Positions 54,149 through 64,000 of a stretch of 64,000 nucleotides of DNA are shown one piece after another. How positions within the stretch are numbered: the stretch's first letter is position 1; every line of letters starts with the position of its first letter. The notes under the pieces were generated by a model, which did not search any database, was not told where the DNA came from, and saw only the letters and a program-made list of their open reading frames with translations. The position numbers were made by a program, and so were the translations under genes. Origin of the DNA: Eledone cirrhosa. Lineage: Eukaryota. Location of the stretch: NCBI GenBank assembly GCA_964016885.1, contig OZ024752.1:48112001-48176000 (forward strand), written 5' to 3'.

Positions 54149-54150
<2 letters not shown>
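53962..54150 (+). mobile_element. H1 family fold-back copy
   Basis: Arms around 53970-54001 / 54033-54064; HHR core CTGATGA on the minus arm; tail hairpin 54089-54108. Confidence 0.78.
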
Positions 54151-54179
<29 letters not shown>

Positions 54180-54184
<5 letters not shown>

Positions 54185-54383
54185 AAAAGAGTCAGGAGCC
54201 CAACAGTTGAGCTCCGGCCCTTTCGACAGCTAGATCAGAACTGTTCGGATATAACTGTCGAAATGGCCGGAGCTCAGCCGTCGGGGTCCTGACTCTTTTC
54301 CTATTACCATCTCTACAACCCTAAGTATTGAGTACTCTGGTGCGTTATGGTCCACCTGGCATCTTCCCACACCCTCTTTGTTA
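54180..54383 (+). mobile_element. H3b fold-back element
   Basis: Imperfect arms ~54180-54230 / 54254-54304; GAAA-tggc..gccg-TC; tail containing gtattgagtac. Confidence 0.72.
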
Positions 54384-54400
54384 CATATATATATATATAT

Positions 54401-54585
54401 AACGAAGGAAATGTGGTAAGGAACCAGGTGGACCATAACACACCAAAGTACTCAATACTTAGGGTAGTAGAGTGGGTAATAGGAACGAGTAGGACCCCGA
54501 CGGCTGAGCTCAAGCTGTTTCGACGGCTGAGCTCAAGCTGTTTCGACGACTAATTCTGGACTAAATTTAGTCCACTCGTTCCTAT
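54401..54585 (-). mobile_element. H3 element with internal duplication
   Basis: Same tail as 24229; cgacggctgagctcaagctgttt present twice. Confidence 0.75.
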
Positions 54586-54589
54586 ATAT

Positions 54590-54755
54590 ATAAATAACAT
54601 ATTAAAGTTTAAGCAAAGAATCGCTGCTTTCACCCTTAACAGGATCTTCTGAAATATTAATAAATATTTGCTCTAGGGTTCTTATATATTTGATATATAT
54701 TTATCCTTGTCGAGCCTTCTTTGGATTTTAGTCTTTACATTTATTATTATTACTA
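54590..54755 (+). mobile_element. H2 family copy
   Basis: Inverted HHR arm (core CAGAAGA) joined to the H2 tail. Confidence 0.78.
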
Positions 54756-55149
54756 TATATATGTGTGTGTGTATGTGTGTGTGTATGTGTGTGTATGACC
54801 AACCTCAAAATGCGTACTGCAAATCACTTTCAATTTTATTCTGTTATTCTCACTTAACATTGAAGTCACTAATATAACCTATTAAGAATTATAAACTATA
54901 TAAAATATTTTATGTATTAATTTAAGCAGTTAGTGAGCTTCATTATTCTGACACTGACATACCTAAGCTGCAAAATTAATGAATAAAAATGATATTAAAA
55001 TCAACAAAAACACGTAAAATTAGAAAGTAAAAGCAATATATGCATATAAGCATACATATTTTTCTATCTGTGTGTCTATGTGTACATCTGTGTGTATATA
55101 ACTTGATAGGCATAGGTGCGCATTATATCTACATATATATCTACGTATA

Positions 55150-55637
55150 TATCATCATCATCATCATTTAACGTCCATCTTCCACCCTAGCATGGGTTAG
55201 ACGGTTCCATTTGATGCAGGAATGGTGTGGAGACCGTGTCTCGCTCGTACGGAAGTGCCACTGGCAGGGTTTTTTTACAGCTGAATGCCCTTCCTAACAT
55301 CAACCACATTTACAGTGTGGACTGGGAGCCTTTTTATATATGTCATCATTTCATTTCATTTCATTTTACGTCCGCTTTTTCCCTGCTTGCAAGGGTGGGA
55401 CGGGAACTGACTCTGGCTTGATTTCTACACCAACCTCATTTACAGTGAGTGCTGGGTGCTTTTTTGCCATGGCACCTCCACGACCACTTTGCAGTGGAAT
55501 GATAGGGACCCCAGTCCCTATCATCTCATTTCTACAGCTGAGTAAACTGGAGCAATGTGAAATAAAGTGTCTTGCTCAGGGAAACAACACATCACCCGGT
55601 CTGACAATTGAACTCACAACCTTTCGATTGCAAGGCA
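55150..55637 (-). mobile_element. SINE A-related copy (55150-55335) and near-full SINE A (55343-55637)
   Basis: The second includes a partial tRNA head (gaactcacaacctttcgattgcaaggc) and has a ~20-bp internal deletion. Confidence 0.82.
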
Positions 55638-57555
55638 ATGTGCCTCCATGTATATATATATATACAATTATTATTATTATAAATAATTTCTCAACTGTAT
55701 TGAGAAATTATGATATAACAGAGTACTCTTTTGCCTTTACCTATTTTATGGAACCTCTTGACACTATATATATATGCATGTGTGTGTATATATATATATA
55801 TACATATACATATGTGTGTGTGTGTATATATGCACATGTGTGTGTGTGTCTGTTTGTGTATATGTGTATATATTATAGATTTGAGGTGAATAAAAGCAAA
55901 AGGGAATATGTAAAGTATTATCATTATTTACTTCTTTGTTCTATATTTTCTTGCCATAATCGGATTTTAAAACATTTTTTCCCTTCTTTTCAGTATTATC
56001 ACATGCCACAATGGACAAGAAGAAGAAAAAAACCCCCACAAAACAACAATAATAATAATAATAATAATAATGAAACAGAAGTAAATAGGACAACCCCCTC
56101 CCCCATCCTCTCAACCAAAAAATAAAATAACAACAACAAACAAATAAACAAAGAACTATTAATAACCATGAAAGGTGATGGACATGATCTGAATAAAATA
56201 TCAATTAGCAGCTAGATTAAACTTCTATAAAGTCGGTAGAGCCTTTAGTGTGTCCATATGTCATGTAAGTACTGAAAATAGAGCAATGGATGGGTGTAGA
56301 TAGAGGTGGATGACAAAAAACGGAAGCCTTGCACTGCTAAAAGTGACATCTTCTCTGAGGAGATGTCATAGGTCTAATGTTCTTATCTTGTCAGGGAGGG
56401 AGGTTGGAAGGTTGGCTTTGCTTGCTGACAAAGCTGAAAAAAAAAAATTTTTTTTTTTTTAAAGGAGAAAAAGGGGACAAAAATAAGAAAGGAAGGCCCT
56501 ATTTAGAAAACTGTAGAAGTTGGTGAAGCATGTAGCAGGTTAGTTTTATGAAGCATAAAGGTTTAATAAGAAAAGCAAATCTACAACTGACAATTTTTAA
56601 GGGGTTGTTATTATTATTTTTATATTTTTTGTTAATATTTTCTTTACTTTTCTTTTTGATTTTTTGCGTAATCATCGTTAGTTTAACGCCAATTTTTTTT
56701 TTCTTGCAGGGTGGGAAGATTGTGTGTGAGAGTGTGAGGGGATATGTTTGTGTGAGTAGGTTTTAAGATTTTCTTTTCATTTATTTCTTAAGGATTGCAC
56801 GGACTGGATGGATCTATAGGGTTCCTATCATGTATAATTTCCTGCTATGATACCCAAAATAAAAAAAAAGATAACAAAATAACATTGATTCTTGTAAACA
56901 GAACCATCATTACTTGTACAGAATAAGTAAGGTCTTGGCTTCAGCCTCCTTAAGAAAAGCATCATCATCATCATCATCATCGTTTTTACATCTGTCTTTT
57001 CCATATTGCCACGGAATATTTTGAGGCAGTATTCTACAGCCAGATACCCTTCCTGAAACCAACCCCGAGTTATTCTAAGCTATGGCCCTTATTCCACTGG
57101 ACCAATATTTCATCAACCTCAAAATATTGAAAGCCAACATTCACCTCGGCAGGAATTTAATTCAGTGCAGAAAGCTGGAATAAATACCAAGATATGTAAT
57201 CTGGACTAATGACTCTGCTAATTTTCTGCCTACCTTTGGAATTTTTGATTATTTTCATTACAAATATGGTAACAAAAAGATTAACTTAGCCATGTGAAAA
57301 TGTACAAGTTAGTGGTTTACTCTCAGATATCTAATTACATCTGAATTTCTTCAACTAACCAAACAACGTGGCATTTCCTTTGTTAAGTGAAATCAAATTT
57401 GCGTTGTTGTTTTTTTTAATGTCTAAAACCTCATCCAACAAACCACTATAATACTTTAATAGATATGGCTGAGTGGTTAAGAAGTTCACTTTGTAATCAT
57501 GGATCCCATGTTCAATTCCACTGTGTATATATATATATATATATATATGTACATA

Positions 57556-57717
57556 TGGTGAAATTCAGTTGTAATGAAATTCACGGGGTATGAAAAAAAT
57601 TTTGTTGCAACGAAAAATACTTTATAACGAGATTGACCTATCACATCGAGCGTGTGGCCGGGGATTGAAAAAAATGTTGTTATACTGAAAAATTTAGTAA
57701 TAATGGAATTTTACCTG
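57556..57717. mobile_element. Tc1/pogo-like MITE, second copy
   Basis: Colinear similarity to 16099-16285. Confidence 0.65.
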
Positions 57718-58594
57718 TATGTATATATATATATATATATATATATTGGTGTGATAGTGATATTTTCAGGGTTATGAATTAAAATGCAGGGAAAAGCGGA
57801 CGTAAAATGATGATGATGATGATGATGATGAAGCAAATTTACAAATTTACAGTTATGATAGTGTTTCTACAAGACCTTTATAAATTTCTAGCATGTTAAA
57901 ACAAACTTTAAACAATGATGAACCTATGAAATAATTCCTTTAATATAAAACTGATACTTGGTAACTCTTTTATACTCCCATGTCTATCACACATTACATA
58001 ATATTAAAACAATATCTGAAGATATTTTGTGACCAAGATCTTTGGAAAGGAGCCAGGTTGGAAAGTGAAGAGTTCATTTTCCGAGTAATTTGCTTTGCGA
58101 ATAATAAGCCGTTAAATGTGGAGCGACTGTAAATAAATCTATTGTTTATGAAAGAAAATTCAAATTAAGGTTAGTAGATTGACCATTATTATCGTCATCA
58201 GAGGAAGACCACCTGCTGATGATGACAGCAAGTGCACTCTCTGTTAAATATATACACTTTAAAAAGCAGGTGGAGTCTGGTGCAGTCTATTTAATTTACT
58301 ACAATGTGACAAATTATCTGTGATTAATTGGTAAGTATATAGTAATTTTCATTAATTGCAGGAATGACATTAACATACAAATTTACAATAATGACGGCAA
58401 CAGTGTTTACAATAATAATTAGTGACAATAAATTTTGAAATTTGTTTGTTTGTTTATATCTGATTCATTTATTCATTTATACTGCAAAACAAGAAAAGAA
58501 GACAAATGTATATACATCCATACATACATATATATATATATAATTTATTTATGTTTACATACATATATACACATATAACAATATCATGAAAAGA

Positions 58595-58640
<46 letters not shown>

Positions 58641-60370
58641 TATATATAAACATACCATATATCTTTAAATATATGAAATTCACACACACACACACATACA
58701 TATATATATATAATTTATTCATGTTCACATAAATATATTATATATATAACAATATTTATAATATCATAATGTTTGACACTTGAAAATGTATGTTAAGAAT
58801 AAAAGAAAGTAACTATGAAAATAAGAAAGATCTCCTTGACAACACATCTAAAAGTAATGCACATAAATCTATAGCTGGTATTTTACTAACAATGTTAAAA
58901 ATGTGAGGATGTGAAAGTCAGAATGCCAAGTTCAACCCCTGGAAATTATGTCAATGGTATCATAAGTAGTATTTTATAGCATAGTTATCTGATTTCTGTC
59001 ACAATAAAATATAGATAGTTGATCATATGATTCCAGTTATTATGATGCTATACTTGTTGTTTAGCCTTAAATCAATCCTGAACCAGAAGACCTGATATCA
59101 AAGTCATTCTAGTCATGACTATCTTGTCTTTTTAGGAGATATGTAGGACTACTACAATATATGCTGTGTGCATCTATCTGGTTTGAAATAGATACATCAT
59201 ATCCCTGTATGTTGTAAGAAGGAACTAAAAGAGTTGGCACTAGGATGGGCATCTAGCTGAAAAACCTTGTCTGAAAAAGACACCAGTAAAGCTAAGCCTT
59301 TGCTTTAGCACGGGAAATGACCTTAAATGCTTCTTGTAGCATAACATTATATTGTGTGTCCATGTCCTTTACTTATTTAAAATAGTAAGGTGTGATTTGA
59401 GGATTAAATGTTGCTGTTCAACTTGACATAACCTACCTTGGCACTATCTCTCCCACCCACACAAAACTGTGCCTGGTACTAAGTCAAAACTAGTCAATAG
59501 GGTGTTGGATTGACATATGATCATGATGATGCTTATTGTAACTTTTCTGGGAAAATTATATTTCTTTATTTAAAATTCATGTTAGCATGAGTGGGTGGTT
59601 TTGAATATTTCCCCTGCCACACCTCCTTTTCAACTGAATGACCTGGATTTAACATTTTATTATCTTGTAATGAAGTGGTTCTTATTATATACCAAGGATG
59701 GCTAAGATAAACAGAATATAATATGGAGAACAATACAATGGAAGTAACAAGGTTTGAACACATGAACTTAACCTCAGTATTCAAACACTATCTCTACAAT
59801 TAGAATTGGAGAAAGATAAAATTATGCATACAGATGTCAAAATAAGATGTATTTTAATTTTATCCAAATGAGACGTCACAGAAATATTCCAGAATTATAG
59901 AACAACAAAAGTGCTTTAGATCAAATCAGCATAATTTCAATGTTTTTTTTTTATATACTGATAATATAATTTCAAAATCTACTAAAATATAATTTTTGTA
60001 TCTAAACTTACAACAGTATTAGCATAAAGTTGAATCTTAAAATAAGTTTGTACATCCTTTACAAAGCCACTTGCAATAAGCAGCTGAATCATCATTTTCA
60101 TCATTTTTATATTCACTTCTTCCATACTGAAATAGGTTGGACAGATTTTGTAATCAGATTATCTATGGCTGGATGCCCTTCCTCTGACTAAATCCTGCCT
60201 TGTTTCAAGTATAGTATATATACTGCTGACATTTGTCACATTGCTACATTGTAGGACATATTGTTTATGGAGGGTAAAAAACAAATGACACCACTGGCTT
60301 TTATAAATTGTGTCAATAGCATTTGTAGCCACCAACCAACACATACACATTTATATATATATATATATAT

Positions 60371-60567
60371 ATAGGAACAAGTAGGACCCCGACGGCTGAG
60401 CTCAAGCCGTTTCGATGGCTAATTCTGGACTCAGAATTAGCCGTCGAAACGGCTTGAGCTCAGCCGTCGGGGGTTCTACTCATTCCTATTACCCACTCTA
60501 CTACCCTAAGTATTGAGTACTTTGGTGCGTTATGGTCCACCTGGTTCCTTACCACATTTCCTTCGTT
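60371..60567 (+). mobile_element. H3 fold-back element
   Basis: ~57-bp arms 60371-60427 / 60432-60489; tail hairpin 60495-60518; (TA)n flanks. Confidence 0.8.
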
Positions 60568-60704
60568 ATATATATATATATATATATATGCGTAAAAGTA
60601 ATAACAAAAATAATAAAACAGCAGCATAGTACATGGAAGAAATATATTAGTTCATTGCTTGAAATAGCAGGAAGAGGGTCTTATATATATAAATGTGTGT
60701 ACAT

Positions 60705-60875
60705 GACAGGCTTCTTTCCAATGTTTCTGTCAACCAAATTTCATTCACAGGGCATAGGTTTGCCCAGAGCTGTAGCAGAAAACATTTGTCCAAAATATGC
60801 CATATATTGGGACTCAACCAGAAAGCATGTGGTTCTGAAGCAAACATCTTAACCAGATAGCTATGTCTATGCCTA
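60705..60875 (-). mobile_element. SINE family C
   Basis: ccaaatttcattcacagggc...gcatgtggttctgaagcaaacatcttaacca. Confidence 0.65.
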
Positions 60876-61034
60876 GCTAATTATAAAATAAAAGTCAGAC
60901 AGCAAAATTAATGAACAACACGTTTTTATCTATTTTGTATTTCCTTGACATGACAAATCTGGTTGTGGTTAATCCCTGATTCTATGACAAAAAAAAAACT
61001 TTTCCTTAAATGTCTATCATCATCATCATCATGC

Positions 61035-61172
61035 ATTGAATTGACAGAGTTGTAGAATGTTTTGGGGTATTCCTTCTGGCTCTCTGAGTTCAAATTCTAC
61101 CAAGGTTATCTTTGCTTTTCATCCTTTTGAGGTTGATTAAAAAAAAAGTACCAGTCCAGTACTGGGGTCGAT
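61035..61172 (+). mobile_element. Old SINE family B
   Basis: ctgagttcaaattc...ctttgcttttcatccttttgaggttgat..agtaccag. Confidence 0.6.
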
Positions 61173-62491
61173 TCTTCCTCTATATCTTTTTTTTCATTTT
61201 CTCTCACTCTCTGGAAGAAATCTGCTATGTTCACACCTGGATGACACCTCTATGACTCCATCAGGAGTTACAATTACATAGATACACACATCATCATCTT
61301 ACATGTTTTCCAACTTGACATGGGTTGGACAGATTGTCACCATCTAAGACAAGACAGCAGAGACCCATGTCTCTATTTTCCATATTTGGCTTGTTTTCTA
61401 TGGCTTTATGCCCTTCCTAATGCTAATCGCTTTACACTGTATACTGGTTTTACATTTTATTGTGACAGCAATCTAGTGTACTGGCTGCGTTTTATCCTGT
61501 CACTATCAAAACACTATCCAGAATATACTGGGTGTATTTTATCATAATACTAGCACATAAAAACCTTCTATAATAATTTTATGTAAGAATGTTTGTAAAG
61601 TTATGTTTCAACCAGTTTATTTTAAAAAATCTATTTTACAAAATACCTCTGAATTCTTATTTATTTGAAAATTTATTTGAAAAACATCGACAATGATTTG
61701 CATTAGAAATATGGTAACAAAAGGGTTAAAGCAGTCAAAGATAGCTGCAAAGAATTTTAAAAGTAGGGTTTCTAACTATTTTTTAATATTGCTCCCCATC
61801 CAAACAAAAAAAGAAAAAAATTAAATAATAAAATATTAACAAAATCATAAGTAACAACACTAATAATAATAATGTGTTCTAATTTAAATAACAATAATAA
61901 TAATAATAATGTTAATAAATTGAAGACATTTCTAAATTAACTTTATTTTTGAAAACATCTTCTGTATTCTATTTTGCATGATGTGCACATTGGAACACTA
62001 CAGATGTAAGAAGCTTTACACTTTTGGGTAATTTCATTTCTATATTCAAGAACGTTGTGCATTGTTAGGGGTTTCGTGTGAAGAAGAAGACAAAAATAAA
62101 TTGATAATAAATATAATAAATAAATATGATAAAATTCTATATTATATATAAAAAAAAAAAATTGGAACAGTGTAAAGTTAACATCAATTTCATGTGTAAA
62201 ATTTGCATTCTAGGATCAGTAGCTGATAAAAATAATAAAATCTTATTTTGTTTAAACAAAACAAGATAAAAATAATAATGAGCAATAATAATGATAGTGA
62301 TGATGATGATGATGATGATGATAACACAACAGCAACAATAAAAGATGAAAATACAATGAAAGGTCTGTCTGAGAAAGTTCTCAAGAGTTAATGAACAAAA
62401 ATAAGTAAACAGATGGTCAGGCCTCATGTTTCTGACTTAATGGGAATTGCCACAGAATATATATATATACACACACACACATATATATATG

Positions 62492-62537
<46 letters not shown>

Positions 62538-62850
62538 TATATATGTATGTATATATATATATGTATGAATGTATATATACATACACATATGTATATACAT
62601 GTGTATATATATATATATATATACATGTTTATGCATGTTTGATACAACCATATAGTTACTACCTACTTGCGTTATGTGTGTATGTATGTATGCATATACA
62701 TATATATCTGTGTGTGTGTGTGTATATAAGTATATGTACATATGCTTTTCTCTCTCTCTCTATCCCTGTATATATATATATATGTATGTATACAAGTATA
62801 ACCAACAAAAAGACGAACTAATTATTACAATGCAAGTGAGAAGGCAAAGA

Positions 62851-63027
<177 letters not shown>

Positions 63028-63351
63028 AATCACAGGAATCTTGGTATATCCTGCTTGAAATATCTTCAATCATTCCATAGACATTTTGACAGATGTTTCT
63101 TTCAATTGTAATATATGATTATTTATTTTTCGAAAAAAATTTAACAATAAATAATGACTGATTTGATGCCACAGAAAATTGGACACTATAGCCAACAACA
63201 GAACTAGTCAGGTTTCAATGATTTTAAAGATATGTTGCATTTATATATTCGATTAAAGTATACCATATATTTTAAATACACTATTTTGGGGGAATTGGCA
63301 GGAGAGGAGGGCTACATAAATGTTTTTTTCATTTTTCAAAATAATTCAAGC

Positions 63352-63492
63352 ATATATATATATAAATATATAAATATATATATATATATAAATATATATA
63401 AATATATAAATAAATATATATATATATAAATAAATATATAAATATATCATCATCATTTTACATCCACTTTTCCCTGCTTGCAAGGGTGGGAC

Positions 63493-63533
<41 letters not shown>

Positions 63534-63685
63534 TATATAAATATATAAATATATATAAATATATAAATATATATAAATATATATATAAATATATATATAA
63601 ATATATATATATAAATATATATATAAATATATATAAATATATATATATTATAAATATATATATATATATATAAATATATATAAAT

Positions 63686-63731
<46 letters not shown>

Positions 63732-63752
63732 ATTTATATATACATATATATA
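63352..63752. repeat. AT-only low-complexity tract with a SINE A tail fragment at ~63447-63492
   Basis: Direct reading. Confidence 0.9.
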
Positions 63753-64000
63753 GCTTGAATAATTCTATACAGCAAAAGATAGATTTATTACTTGCCAGTC
63801 AAATAATGTTTATAAGATAAGAAAGAATATAAACTAAATAATATAATAAAACATATGAAAAATGAATTTCTTTATGAATGACCCAGTAAGTAATTTGTCA
63901 AAAATGATTGAAAATTCTTGCCAATATTTTGTATAGTAAACTTTAAATATGTCTATGATTGTTCAAAAATATATAAAACGGAATAAAAAGAAAAAAAAAT

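Noticed and set aside
56344-56368. Hairpin tgacatcttc/ggagatgtca as a miRNA precursor
   Set aside because: Too short for a pre-miRNA; no conserved mature miRNA recognised here or elsewhere in the window.
58192-58226. CTGATGA as a hammerhead core (also at ~2425 and ~50262)
   Set aside because: No properly placed stem II-GAAA-stem III-UH arrangement.

Overview
Very AT-rich, repeat-dominated eukaryotic non-coding DNA (large intron or intergenic). The SINE/LINE repertoire and the dense (TA)n/(CA)n/(GA)n microsatellites point to an octopod cephalopod (inference from recalled repeat families, not a database hit). I found no credible cellular protein-coding exon; almost all listed ORFs are microsatellite translation artefacts. 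Identifiable content: three tRNA-derived SINE families, decayed CR1/L2 and RTE LINE fragments, piggyBac-like and Tc1/pogo-like MITEs, a ~5 kb array of a 104-bp unit, and several GGT/CCA-based minisatellites. The main discovery is a set of at least 8 sequence-distinct families of short (~130-350 bp) non-coding elements, almost all sitting inside (TA)n tracts. Most carry a type I hammerhead ribozyme (HHR; intact, variant or half), many have a 5' fold-back inversion, and most share a covarying 3' hairpin of the form RCTC-stem-loop-stem'-2-nt bulge-GAGY. This looks like a system of non-autonomous Penelope-like/retrozyme-like retroelements. All structures were folded by eye, and coordinates are approximate to a few bases.
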